This document shows positions 10,684 through 20,627 of a DNA stretch of 54,713 bases, piece after piece. The translations under genes and the position numbers were made by a program. The notes under the pieces are model-generated. The model worked only from the letters and a program-made list of their open reading frames with translations. It made no database searches and was not told the DNA's origin. Position 1 is the stretch's first letter; each line of letters opens with the position of its first letter. This stretch comes from Parafilimonas sp. (GTDB taxonomy: Bacteria; Bacteroidota; Bacteroidia; Chitinophagales; Chitinophagaceae), in the NCBI GenBank assembly GCA_040003735.1, contig JBDUBY010000131.1, positions 1-54,713 on the forward strand, in the 5' to 3' direction.

Positions 10684-10973
10684 AACGCAATTCACTTTTA
10701 TTTGGAATTATTATCGGTCTTGTAGCGCCGTTAATTGGTATGCTTGGTTATTATTTCTGGCGTTTTTATCCAACGTATTCTTTAGGTGATTTTATAAATG
10801 TTATTTTATCACAAAAAGCAATTTTATCCGCACTTTCTACATTTGCGCTTTTTGCCAATGTTGTTTTGCTTACTATTTATCTCAATACAAAACGCGATGA
10901 AACAGCAAAGGGTATTTTTCTTATCTCATGCATATATGCAATAGCATCTATCACGCTTAAGCTTTTTATGTAA
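10680..10973 (+). CDS. Small three-TM hypothetical membrane protein
   Basis: TTG start overlapping the surE stop; three hydrophobic segments. Confidence 0.65.
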   Translation: MKRNSLLFGIIIGLVAPLIGMLGYYFWRFYPTYSLGDFINVILSQKAILSALSTFALFANVVLLTIYLNTKRDETAKGIFLISCIYAIASITLKLFM

Positions 10974-11003
10974 ATATTTTAATTGTGCCTAAAGGAAATT
11001 GCA

Positions 11004-11567
11004 CTATTTATTTCCCCAACGAAAACTATTAAACTCCAGGCCGGCAAGATCAACCAGGCGGTTAACAACTGTTTCTGCAAGCTCGGTAATGCTTGATGGC
11101 TTATTATAAAAAGAAGGTGTTGCCGGGCATATTATACCGCCAGCAAGTGTAATTGTTTCCATATTTTTTATATGAATAAGATTATAAGGTGTATCGCGAA
11201 TAGCAAGAATTAATTTTCTTCTTTCCTTCAAAATCACATCAGCTGCGCGAGTAATAAGATCGTCACTAACACCTGAAGCGATGCGGCCTAATGTTCCCAT
11301 ACTGCATGGAACCACCATCATAATATTATATTGCGCAGAGCCTGATGCAAAGGGTGCATTAAAATCAAATTTATTATAATAGTTTACTGAATAATTATCA
11401 TATTCATTATTACCCAATTCCGTTTGCCATATTTTTTTTGCATTTTCACTTATTACAATTGATAATTCGCTCCATTGATTTTTTATCTGAAGCAGTTTAT
11501 CTAACAGAAGCTTTGCATAAATAGAACCGCTTGCACCGGTTACAGCAATCACTATTTTATTTTTCAT
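11004..11567 (-). CDS. ubiX: Flavin prenyltransferase UbiX
   Basis: VAVTGASG, PCSMGTL, LITRAADVILKERR, PSFY. Confidence 0.95.
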   Translation of the reverse strand: MKNKIVIAVTGASGSIYAKLLLDKLLQIKNQWSELSIVISENAKKIWQTELGNNEYDNYSVNYYNKFDFNAPFASGSAQYNIMMVVPCSMGTLGRIASGVSDDLITRAADVILKERRKLILAIRDTPYNLIHIKNMETITLAGGIICPATPSFYNKPSSITELAETVVNRLVDLAGLEFNSFRWGNK

Positions 11568-11813
11568 AATTATTTAAACAAAATTAATAAGCAAGTTGTT
11601 GTAAATTCTGTTTGTAAAATAATCGGGATCTTAAGAATAAGCAACTGTCAAATAAAAAAATAAAAAATAAAATTGGGAAAACTTGGCGCTTTAAAGAAAA
11701 TAACTAATTTACAACCCCATTTATAACCAATTCATGGATTGCTTGAGAATTGGATTATTTTGTGAATTATAAATTGAAAACAAAAAGTTTAAACATCTAA
11801 AATTAATTTTGTT

Positions 11814-12677
11814 ATGGCTGAAACAAAACCGACTGCTACAGCAGCAGCAAGAAGCATTTCTTCAGTACAACCTAAAAAAACTCGCAATTCTATTTCGTGG
11901 CTTGCGCCAGTTATTTGTGTTATTTTGGGTTATGTAATTTGGCGATTCTTTATTGGAAATTCGTCTAATTTTGAACATCCTGACACCACTGGCGGTTTTT
12001 GGCCAGATCATCAAGGCCCAAAAACAACTTTGTCCCGAATGTATTTGGGTGGCATCATCGTACCAATCATCATCGGAGCTCTATTAACTGTTATTACATT
12101 TGTAATTGAAAGATTGGTAACCGTTTCCCGCGCATCAGGCACAGGCAATATTGCAGAATTTGTTCGCACAGTTCAATATAACCTGGCTAACAAAGACGTA
12201 GATAAAGCACTCGCAGCCTGTGATAAACAAAAAGGTTCAGTTGGAAATGTTATGAAGGCAGGTCTTCGTAAATATAAAGAGATGATCACCAACACAGAAC
12301 TAACAACCGAACAGAAAGTGCTTAATATTCAAAAAGAAGTGGAAGAAGCCACTGCACTTGAATTGCCGATGCTTGAAAAAAATCTTGTATTCCTTTCTAC
12401 AATTGCGTCTGTAGCAACTTTGATGGGTTTGTTAGGCACAGTAATAGGTATGATACGCTCATTTGCTTCTCTTGCTGAAACAGGCGGCAGTGATGCATCA
12501 GCGCATTTGTCTCAAGGTATTTCTGAAGCATTATATAATACGGCGTTGGGTATTGGCACATCCGCTGTTGCCATTATAATGTATAATGTGTTTACCACAA
12601 AAATCGATTCAATCACTTATGGTATTGATGAATCCGGCTTTACATTAACACAGAGTTTTGCTTCTAACTACAAATAA
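11814..12677 (+). CDS. exbB: MotA/TolQ/ExbB proton channel protein
   Basis: GLLGTVIGMIRSF, GISEALYNTALG. Confidence 0.92.
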   Translation: MAETKPTATAAARSISSVQPKKTRNSISWLAPVICVILGYVIWRFFIGNSSNFEHPDTTGGFWPDHQGPKTTLSRMYLGGIIVPIIIGALLTVITFVIERLVTVSRASGTGNIAEFVRTVQYNLANKDVDKALAACDKQKGSVGNVMKAGLRKYKEMITNTELTTEQKVLNIQKEVEEATALELPMLEKNLVFLSTIASVATLMGLLGTVIGMIRSFASLAETGGSDASAHLSQGISEALYNTALGIGTSAVAIIMYNVFTTKIDSITYGIDESGFTLTQSFASNYK

Positions 12678-12740
12678 TAGCAATTGCATTTATGGAAACA
12701 AAATGTAATTGCATCTAACTAAGAAATAAAATTTACAAAA

Positions 12741-13409
12741 ATGTCAAGGCCTAAAATAGCAAGAAAGAGTACGATTGTAGATATGACTGCCATGTGTGAT
12801 GTAGCATTTTTGATCCTTTCTTTCTTTATTTTAACAACGAAGCCAAAGCCTTCTGAAGCAGTGCCGATTCAAACTCCAAAATCTGTTGCCAACAAAACTG
12901 TTCCGGATAAAAATGCAATTATGATTTCGTTGAATAACGAAGGCCATGTTTATTTATCGGTTAGTGATGATGCCGAAGACAGGGATAAGAAAAAGGGTAT
13001 GCTTGAAGATATCAATAAAAGCAATAATCTTGGCTTAACACCGGATGAAATTGCTGCATTGGTTAAGCAACCTTTCATTGGTACTCCATTGGCTCAATTA
13101 AAACAACAGGCACATCTTCAAATTTCTCAGATCAGCAGTAAAAATTTGCCAGGCATTCCTGCACAGGATACTACAAATAACCAGATGATCGAATGGATAC
13201 GCGCTGCTGCAGCAGCTTACGAGGGCAGCCACCTGGATTTAATTTTAAAAGGTGATAACGTAGCTAAATATCCAGTGTTTAAAAACATTCTTACAGCTTT
13301 TAAAAAGAATGAGCAGTTTAAATTCCAGATGGTTACTAACCAGGCAAATGTTCCGCAAGGCACCGATCTATACAAACAAAACATAAACAGTAAGGCGGCA
13401 GCATTGTAA
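12741..13409 (+). CDS. exbD: ExbD/TolR family protein
   Basis: DMTAMCDVAFLILSFF. Confidence 0.9.
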   Translation: MSRPKIARKSTIVDMTAMCDVAFLILSFFILTTKPKPSEAVPIQTPKSVANKTVPDKNAIMISLNNEGHVYLSVSDDAEDRDKKKGMLEDINKSNNLGLTPDEIAALVKQPFIGTPLAQLKQQAHLQISQISSKNLPGIPAQDTTNNQMIEWIRAAAAAYEGSHLDLILKGDNVAKYPVFKNILTAFKKNEQFKFQMVTNQANVPQGTDLYKQNINSKAAAL

Positions 13410-13433
13410 TTATTAACTTAAAAAATTAAGCAT

Positions 13434-13979
13434 ATGGCTGAAATGGATACCTCGGGCGGTGGCGGACATAAAAAAGGCCCGGGCGTTAAAAAAGCAAAGA
13501 AATTATCTACAAGAGTTGATCTTACGCCAATGGTTGATCTTGGATTTTTATTGATTACCTTTTTTGTGTTTACCACAACCATCAGCCAGCCCACAGCTAT
13601 GCATTTAGGGTTGCCTGATGATAAGGTAAAGCCAGAAGATCAAAATAAGATCAAGCAATCGGGAGCACTTACCATTCTTTTAGGAAAAGATAATAATGTG
13701 TTCTATTATGAAGGTGAACTTTTGCCTGATGGCTCAAATTTTAAAGCAACTAACTTTAAAAATATACGTGATGAAATCATAAGGAAGAAACAGCAGGCAG
13801 ATACAAATCTTGTAGTTGTTATTAAACCTAATGATGAAAGCACCTATAAGAACTTTATTGATATTTTGGATGAAATGAGTATTAATGTTGTAAAACGTTA
13901 TGCTGTGGTTGATATTTCTCCTGTAGAAGACAGGTATATAAGGCAAACACAAGGCGAACCAGTAGAGGAAACAAAATAA
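13434..13979 (+). CDS. exbD: ExbD/TolR family protein (second copy)
   Basis: DLTPMVDLGFLLITFF, IDILDEM. Confidence 0.9.
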   Translation: MAEMDTSGGGGHKKGPGVKKAKKLSTRVDLTPMVDLGFLLITFFVFTTTISQPTAMHLGLPDDKVKPEDQNKIKQSGALTILLGKDNNVFYYEGELLPDGSNFKATNFKNIRDEIIRKKQQADTNLVVVIKPNDESTYKNFIDILDEMSINVVKRYAVVDISPVEDRYIRQTQGEPVEETK

Positions 13980-14029
13980 TCTTATGGAATCTAGAATCTT
14001 TATGCATCTAAGTATAAAATATTGAATTA

Positions 14030-14848
14030 ATGGAAGCAAATAAAATATTGAATGCTGATTTTCTTGATATTCTTTTTGAAGGAAGGAATAAAGAGTACGG
14101 AGCATACGAGTTGCGGAAAGAATATAATAAGCGAATGGTGCGGGCAATTGTTGTGATGCTTCTTATATGCGTTGTAGTTTTCGTGACTTCGATTATAGCA
14201 AAAACAATCAGCGACAGAGCACCTAAACAAATGGTTGTGCAGGATGTGAATTTGGAAGCTGTTAAACAACCGGATAAAGACCAGCCACCGCCACCTCCTC
14301 CGCCGCCAAAAGAGCCGCCAAAAGTTGAGGTTACAAAATTTACGCCACCCAAAATCGTAAAAGACGAGGAAGTAAAACCTGAAGAAAAGCCGCCTGAACA
14401 GGAAAAATTAGAGGATACTAAAATTGGCTCTTTTAACCAGGAAGGTGATAAATCTGATGTTGTAGCACCGCCTGTAGAAAAAGGAACTGGCCAGGTTACC
14501 GCGCCAAAAGTGCAATCTGAAGATTATGATCACGAATTTACAAGCGTACAGGTTGAAGCAAAATTTAAAGGTGATTGGAATAAATATCTTGAACGTAATT
14601 TGAATGCACAAACACCAGCCGATAATGGTGCACCTCCGGGAAGATATACTGTTACTGTTTCATTTCTTGTATCGAAAGATGGTAGTATTTCTGAAGTAAA
14701 GGCACTTAACGATCCTGGTTATGGTTGTGGTGCAGAAGCAACACGCGTAATTAAAAAAGGACCAGCATGGTCTCCTGCAATCCAAAATGGACGAAATGTT
14801 ATTTACAGGCAAAAACAAAACATTGTTTTTGAAGTTACTGAACAATAA
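14030..14848 (+). CDS. tonB: Energy transducer TonB
   Basis: GRNKEYGAYELR, TM helix, poly-Pro linker, C-terminal WSPAIQNGRNV. Confidence 0.92.
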   Translation: MEANKILNADFLDILFEGRNKEYGAYELRKEYNKRMVRAIVVMLLICVVVFVTSIIAKTISDRAPKQMVVQDVNLEAVKQPDKDQPPPPPPPPKEPPKVEVTKFTPPKIVKDEEVKPEEKPPEQEKLEDTKIGSFNQEGDKSDVVAPPVEKGTGQVTAPKVQSEDYDHEFTSVQVEAKFKGDWNKYLERNLNAQTPADNGAPPGRYTVTVSFLVSKDGSISEVKALNDPGYGCGAEATRVIKKGPAWSPAIQNGRNVIYRQKQNIVFEVTEQ

Positions 14849-14865
14849 ACATCAATAATATTTAC

Positions 14866-14896
14866 AAAAAAGGGACGCAATTGCAGTCCCTTTTTT
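14866..14896. terminator. Bidirectional intrinsic terminator after tonB
   Basis: aaaaaagggac-gcaattgca-gtccctttttt. Confidence 0.8.
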
Positions 14897-14909
14897 ATTT
14901 AGTAGTATT

Positions 14910-15461
14910 TTAATTTAATTGCGGATCAATTGGATAATGTATTAACTGCTCGTATTTCCCACCCAATTGTTTTAAAGCATTCTTCCATATTGAGTTGATA
15001 TCATCGGTGAAAATGAGTTGCGGTGACGCATAAGTTGTAAGCCATGTATGTTCTTGTAATTCACTTTCTAACTGATCTGTTCCCCACCCGCTATAACCCA
15101 AAAATAAACGAATGTCCTGCTGTGAAAGCTTGTTTCGCTTTAACAGAGAAATAACCTCGTCAAATTCGCCACCCCAATAAATTTCATTTGTTATTTTTTC
15201 ACCGCCTGTTATAAGCCCCGGCTGCGTATGTAAAAAATGAATCGTATTTTGTTGAACAGGTCCACCAAAGAAAACAGGAAAATCACAATCTTCAAGATCA
15301 TTCATAAGATCACTTATAACATATTCTAACTTTTTGTTTAGTACTAAACCAAAGCTGCCTTCTGTTTCATGTTCACACAAAAAAATAGCTGTTCGCAAAA
15401 AATTTGGATCCTTTAAAAATGGGTCAGCAATAAGTATGTTCCCGGCTTCTATTTTTTCCAT
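14910..15461 (-). CDS. YqgE/AlgH (DUF179) family protein
   Basis: GSFGLVLNK, GGPV, FLGYSGW, QLESEL, DPQLN end. Confidence 0.9.
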   Translation of the reverse strand: MEKIEAGNILIADPFLKDPNFLRTAIFLCEHETEGSFGLVLNKKLEYVISDLMNDLEDCDFPVFFGGPVQQNTIHFLHTQPGLITGGEKITNEIYWGGEFDEVISLLKRNKLSQQDIRLFLGYSGWGTDQLESELQEHTWLTTYASPQLIFTDDINSIWKNALKQLGGKYEQLIHYPIDPQLN

Positions 15462-15586
15462 AATTAAATAAATAACGAAACAAAACAAGCTTTGTTTTTA
15501 TAATGATAAAATTAAAGCAGTTAAATTGCTGATAAAGATATTTCATTAATTTCAGCAGGCTGATACAGCTAATACCTTTGTTTACA

Positions 15587-16927
15587 ATGAAGAAAGTTTT
15601 TCCTATAATAATTGTATTGATATCGCTATCACTTATCGGTATAATAATTATACAGATTAACTGGTTTAAAAATCAGCTTGTAGTTCAACAGGAACGTTTT
15701 ATTGATAAAGTTGATAAAGCAGGTTTAGATGTTGCGGAAGAATTAAGCAAACATGTAATGGCCGGCGGTGGCTTAAAGCTCGGCAAACGCCAGGGCCTTC
15801 AATTATTTCCAGATGACCTTTCCTTTGCAGTTGGCAGAATGCCAACCATTTCAGATCGATATTCTACAGCAGAAATACAGGACAAGCTTGTAAAATCATT
15901 TACTAAAGAAGGGTTGGAAAATGTAAGGTTTGAATATGCAATTACATCGAACTCCGATAATTTTGTGCTTGAAATGCAGAGTGCACATTTTGATAAAGAA
16001 TCTGCGGATACAATGCATTTCAGAAGGCGGGTAATTCCTATAATACCAGATGGAGGTGATTATGACGGGTTACTTGCAAATGAACATCTTTTCATAATTA
16101 TTCCTGATTTTAAAACACAGGTATGGCAATCGCTTACCTGGATGATTGTTTTCTCCGCATTATTTACGCTTATTATTATCGCCGCATTTTATATAACGGT
16201 AAGAACATTACTTAACCAGAAAAAAATGAGTGAAATAAAAAGTGATTTTATTAATAACATGACACATGAATTTAAAACTCCTTTAGCAACAATTTCTCTC
16301 GCAGTCGATGCTTTAAAAAATGAAAAAGTTATAAACGACAGAGCCAAAATGCAATACTTCAACAACATAATTAAAGACGAAAACAAAAGAATGAACAAAC
16401 ATGTTGAAACAATATTGCAGGCAGCATTAATGGAAAAACAGGAGTTCAGGTTAAACCTTACAACATTACATATTCATGAATTATTATCGCGGATAGCAGA
16501 GAATTATCAATTGCAATTACAGGATAAAAATGGCAAGGTAGAATTTTTATTTAATGCAGCAGATGATGCGCTAAAAGCTGATGAGGTTCATTTCACCAAC
16601 ATACTTTCTAATCTTATTGATAATGCTATAAAATATTCAAAAGAGAATCTTATTATAAAACTAATAACACACAGAACACCTAAATATTTTATTATACAAG
16701 TGCAGGATAATGGAATTGGGATGAGTAAAGAAACTGTGAAGCGAGTGTTTGAAAAATTCTACCGTGCACATACAGGAAATATACATAATGTAAAAGGTTT
16801 TGGATTAGGAATGAGTTACGTGAAAAGTATTGTTGATGCACATAAAGGGAAAATAAAAGTTGAAAGCACTTTAGGCAAAGGCAGCACTTTCACTGTTGAA
16901 ATTCCTTTAAATCTTACAGAAGATTAA
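15587..16927 (+). CDS. Membrane sensor histidine kinase (RprX-like)
   Basis: Two TM helices, H-box NNMTHEFKTP, NLIDNAIKY, DNGIG, GFGLG; TACCTTTG promoter box at 15573-15580. Confidence 0.92.
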   Translation: MKKVFPIIIVLISLSLIGIIIIQINWFKNQLVVQQERFIDKVDKAGLDVAEELSKHVMAGGGLKLGKRQGLQLFPDDLSFAVGRMPTISDRYSTAEIQDKLVKSFTKEGLENVRFEYAITSNSDNFVLEMQSAHFDKESADTMHFRRRVIPIIPDGGDYDGLLANEHLFIIIPDFKTQVWQSLTWMIVFSALFTLIIIAAFYITVRTLLNQKKMSEIKSDFINNMTHEFKTPLATISLAVDALKNEKVINDRAKMQYFNNIIKDENKRMNKHVETILQAALMEKQEFRLNLTTLHIHELLSRIAENYQLQLQDKNGKVEFLFNAADDALKADEVHFTNILSNLIDNAIKYSKENLIIKLITHRTPKYFIIQVQDNGIGMSKETVKRVFEKFYRAHTGNIHNVKGFGLGMSYVKSIVDAHKGKIKVESTLGKGSTFTVEIPLNLTED

Positions 16928-16949
16928 TTTCTTTTGATTCCAAACTTTG

Positions 16950-18362
16950 TTAGTTAAGAACGCTTTTTTCTTTTTCAGTTTTGATTTTATTCTCAAGTTT
17001 TATTTTATCCCAGCCGCCAAGCACGTTGTATAAATTATGAATGCCTTGCCTTTTTAATAGTGAAGATGCAATAACGCTTCTATAACCACCGGCGCAATGC
17101 ACATATAAATTTTGATCCTCTTCAATGTTCGCCATGCTTGCAGGATCTGTAAGCTCGGTTACAGGAATATTTAATGCATCTTTTACATGCCCGTCAGCGT
17201 ATTCAATTTCTCTTCTTACGTCAATAACAACGAGTTTTTCATCATGCGGAATATCCATTGCAAGTTCATCAGGTTCTATATTAATAATCAAATCAATAGT
17301 TTCACCTGCATTTTTCCATGCGGTAAAACCTCCTTCAAGATAGCCTGCAAACTTGCTAAACCCAACACGCGCCAACCGCACAACACTTTCTTTTTCTTTT
17401 CCAGGTTCGGCTATTATTAAGATTGTTTTATCAAATGGCAAAAGGCTTCCAGCCCATTCAGCAAATCGTCCATCTAAACCAATAAAAATTGAACCAGGAA
17501 CAAATCCTTCTGTAAAATTTTCAGCATCGCGTGTATCTAAAAAAATTACATCATCATCATGCAAGAATTCTTTTGCATTATTCACAGTTACAGGTTTTAA
17601 AGCTTGCTCTAAAATTGAATCGAGGCTTTCATAACCTTCCCTGTTTATTCTTGCATTAATCGGAAAATACAGTGGTGGTAATTGAAGACCTTCAACTACT
17701 GATGCAATAAACTCTTCTTTATTTTTTGCTTTTAGTGCATAGTTGGTTTGTTTTTCATTACCAATCGTACTTGATGTTTGCGACCCGATATTTTTACCAC
17801 AACTGCTGCCTGCACCATGCGCCGGATAAACAATAACATCATCTGCAAGCGGTATTATTTTTTCGTGTAAACTATCATACATAATTCCCGCAAGATCATT
17901 TGCTGTTAAAGTATCATCTTTTTGGGAAAGATCTGGCCTGCCTACATCACCCACAAATAAAGTATCGCCAGTAAAAACTGCGTAATCTTTATTATGGTTA
18001 TCTTTTAATAGAAAACAACAACTTTCTAAAGTATGTCCAGGTGTATGCAAAACTTGTATAGAAATATTTCCAAGATTAAAAACTTCATTATCCTTTGCAA
18101 TGTAAACCGGGAAAGAAGTTTTTGTACCCGGACCATAAATTATGGGTGCGCCGGTAGCCTTGCTTAAATCAATATGGCCGCTTACAAAATCAGCATGAAA
18201 ATGTGTTTCAAAAATGTATTTGATAACGGCATTCCTATCTTTTGCTAATGAAATATACTCTTCAATATCTCTTAAAGGGTCAATAATGGCAGCTTCACCA
18301 TTGCTTTCAACATAATAAGCCGCTTCACTAAGGCAACCAGTATATAATTGCTCTACATACAT
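16950..18362 (-). CDS. MBL-fold hydrolase (persulfide dioxygenase-like) fused to rhodanese domains
   Basis: THFHADFVSG, HTPGHT, GDTLFVGDVGRPDL, PAHG; C-terminal rhodanese HCAGGYRS. Confidence 0.9.
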   Translation of the reverse strand: MYVEQLYTGCLSEAAYYVESNGEAAIIDPLRDIEEYISLAKDRNAVIKYIFETHFHADFVSGHIDLSKATGAPIIYGPGTKTSFPVYIAKDNEVFNLGNISIQVLHTPGHTLESCCFLLKDNHNKDYAVFTGDTLFVGDVGRPDLSQKDDTLTANDLAGIMYDSLHEKIIPLADDVIVYPAHGAGSSCGKNIGSQTSSTIGNEKQTNYALKAKNKEEFIASVVEGLQLPPLYFPINARINREGYESLDSILEQALKPVTVNNAKEFLHDDDVIFLDTRDAENFTEGFVPGSIFIGLDGRFAEWAGSLLPFDKTILIIAEPGKEKESVVRLARVGFSKFAGYLEGGFTAWKNAGETIDLIINIEPDELAMDIPHDEKLVVIDVRREIEYADGHVKDALNIPVTELTDPASMANIEEDQNLYVHCAGGYRSVIASSLLKRQGIHNLYNVLGGWDKIKLENKIKTEKEKSVLN

Positions 18363-18408
18363 ACAAGAAAATTTCAGCAAAAATACGATTCTTAAAAAAA
18401 GCGATAAG

Positions 18409-18753
18409 TTAACTTACAAGCTGTTCTACAAAATCATTTACTTCTTTTATGCGCTTATAGTTTAGTGAGTAATAAATGAATTTTCCTTCTCTTTTGGTGA
18501 TTACAATGCCCGCTCTGCGTAAAATAGCGAGATGTTGGGAAACAACTGATTGCTCCAGCCTTAGGTTAACATAAATTTCTGTCACGGTTATTTTTTGATT
18601 TTCATCAATCAGTTTTAATAATTGCTGCCTTAATTTATGATTTAATGCACGTAAAATCATTGCAGCTTTCTTCAGCCGAAGAAAATCAAGCTTTACACTC
18701 TCGCTGGTAGTTTTATCATGTATCTCAAGAAGCTGCACTGAAGTATTATTCAT
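18409..18753 (-). CDS. ArsR/SmtB family transcriptional regulator
   Basis: LRALNHKLR, QSVVSQHLAILRRAGIV, REGKFIYY. Confidence 0.9.
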   Translation of the reverse strand: MNNTSVQLLEIHDKTTSESVKLDFLRLKKAAMILRALNHKLRQQLLKLIDENQKITVTEIYVNLRLEQSVVSQHLAILRRAGIVITKREGKFIYYSLNYKRIKEVNDFVEQLVS

Positions 18754-18828
18754 AACTAATTTTTAATAAAATATCAATGGTTATTAATACTGATACATAA
18801 AAAATTATGCCTGTTTAAAATATACGTA

Positions 18829-19503
18829 TTATTTTCTAAAATAAACGGGCTTTAAGTAGAAAGGTTCGCTGTAAGCGACTTCTGAAAAATCCCCGGCAAT
18901 AAATGCTTTATATGCCAAAAAAGCTGCTGGTTTTGAAAGTGAAGGTAGATTTATATAAACAATAGAGGAATCGTTAAGTATTGTTTGCATTTTCATGCTG
19001 CCATTGCCACCGGCAACAATAATGTTTGCTTTTCTCTCAAATTCAAGAAAACTATTTTCTATGATCTCTGAAGAATACTCTTTAACAAGCTTAAGATCAT
19101 TATTGTATAAAGCAGTATAAACTTCCATTCGCCTTGCATCTATCAACGGGCAAAACAATAAATGCGCCATTTGCATTGATGATTGAAATTTTAAAGCAAA
19201 TGCCATTACATCAAGTGTATTAAGCAGAATGAGCGGTTTTTTTAAAGCATAACATATAGCCTTTGCAGAAGATAAACCAACCCGCAAACCTGTATAGCTG
19301 CCCGGGCCATTAATTACAGAAACAGCATTAAGAGCATTCAAATCAATTTGCGCATCATTACAAATTCTTTTTATAGCGGGCTCTAAAAAAGAAGCATGAT
19401 CTTTTTGTGAATTGCTTTCCGCTTTATTTATAATTTCATTATCGTTACTTAAACTAACAGATGCAGTTTCGAACGCGGTGTTAATATTTAAAATTATCGC
19501 CAA
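18829..19503 (-). CDS. tsaB: tRNA t6A37 biosynthesis protein TsaB
   Basis: GPGSYTGLRVG, IDARRMEVY, EPFYLK. Confidence 0.93.
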   Translation of the reverse strand: MAIILNINTAFETASVSLSNDNEIINKAESNSQKDHASFLEPAIKRICNDAQIDLNALNAVSVINGPGSYTGLRVGLSSAKAICYALKKPLILLNTLDVMAFALKFQSSMQMAHLLFCPLIDARRMEVYTALYNNDLKLVKEYSSEIIENSFLEFERKANIIVAGGNGSMKMQTILNDSSIVYINLPSLSKPAAFLAYKAFIAGDFSEVAYSEPFYLKPVYFRK

Positions 19504-19511
19504 TTGCTATA

Positions 19512-20141
19512 TTATAATTGTTGAGATTCATGTACAAGTAAAGATGATATTGTGCTTCGCTTGTTTTGCTTTGATAGATTTTGAAGCAATAGAACAATAT
19601 TTTGCAACCCAATTTTCTCACTCCATTCAAATGGACCATACGGATAATTTGTACCAAGTTTCATGGCAATATCAATTTGCGATTTCGTACTCACATTTTC
19701 TTCTAGTGCATAATATGCTTCATTAATTATCATGGCAATTATACGCGCAGCAACAAATCCATAATCATCTGCAACAAAAACAAATTTCCATTTAAGATTA
19801 TTAAAGGTTTTTTCCGCAATTACCTTCAGCTCGTCATTGCAACAGGCAAGCTCAAAAATTGACCGGTTCAAAAAACCATTCCATGCATTCAGCCTTATAT
19901 AATTTGACTTATTGATTTCGTTGCAAATACAATTAACAGCATTTACAAAAACCGGTTTATCATCTAAAAAATCATTATTACTAACATCAACATCATCAAA
20001 CAAAAGATCGAAATAAATATCAGCATTTATGCTTGCAAGTTTTTGTGATTGATCAATCCATTCAATACTTACAGTATTATTAAATCCTTTTTGAAGTAAT
20101 TCCTGTTTTTGATTTTCGGAAGCGCGGATTGCAATATGCAT
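19512..20141 (-). CDS. 3-hydroxyacyl-CoA dehydrogenase C-terminal-domain protein
   Basis: GFVAARIIAMIINEA, IDIAMKLGTNYPYGPFEW; no GxGxxG Rossmann motif. Confidence 0.8.
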   Translation of the reverse strand: MHIAIRASENQKQELLQKGFNNTVSIEWIDQSQKLASINADIYFDLLFDDVDVSNNDFLDDKPVFVNAVNCICNEINKSNYIRLNAWNGFLNRSIFELACCNDELKVIAEKTFNNLKWKFVFVADDYGFVAARIIAMIINEAYYALEENVSTKSQIDIAMKLGTNYPYGPFEWSEKIGLQNIVLLLQNLSKQNKRSTISSLLVHESQQL

Positions 20142-20210
20142 TGTATAAATTATACGCAAAAATACAATGTAAGAAAGGTGTTTAAAAATTGAAAGCACTT
20201 TAACACAAAT

Positions 20211-20218
20211 TATATTTG
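20211..20218 (+). promoter_or_regulatory. Bacteroidota -7 promoter box for ridA
   Basis: TATATTTG with TTG about 20 nt upstream. Confidence 0.55.
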
Positions 20219-20240
20219 CACTGTTTATAAAATAAAAATT

Positions 20241-20627
20241 ATGCCTAAACAAATCATTCGCTCTGAAAAAGCACCAGCACCAATTGGCCCTTACAGCCAG
20301 GCAATAAAAACGAGTGAGTTTTTATTTATCAGCGGTCAAGTTGCTATTGATCCGCAAACAAATAAAATTGTTACAAATAATATTGCTGACGAAACACATA
20401 CAGTGATGAAGAACCTTGAAGCCATTTTGAAGGAGGCTGACCTTACATTTCAGCACGTAGTTAAAACAACTATTTTTTTAACTGATATGAACTTGTTTGC
20501 AGCAGTAAACGAAATATATGAAGGCTATTTCGACAGCGATTTTCCTGCGAGAGAAACTATTGCAGTAAAAGGATTACCTAAAAATGTAAACGTTGAAATT
20601 AGCATGACAGCCGTTGTACACTTATGA
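20241..20627 (+). CDS. ridA: RidA/YjgF/UK114 enamine deaminase
   Basis: APIGPYSQA, SGQV, VKTTIFL, PARE, VEI. Confidence 0.93.
   Translation: MPKQIIRSEKAPAPIGPYSQAIKTSEFLFISGQVAIDPQTNKIVTNNIADETHTVMKNLEAILKEADLTFQHVVKTTIFLTDMNLFAAVNEIYEGYFDSDFPARETIAVKGLPKNVNVEISMTAVVHL

Noticed and set aside
14280-14320. GC-rich CCG/CCA/CCT run
   Set aside because: Encodes the normal poly-proline linker of TonB
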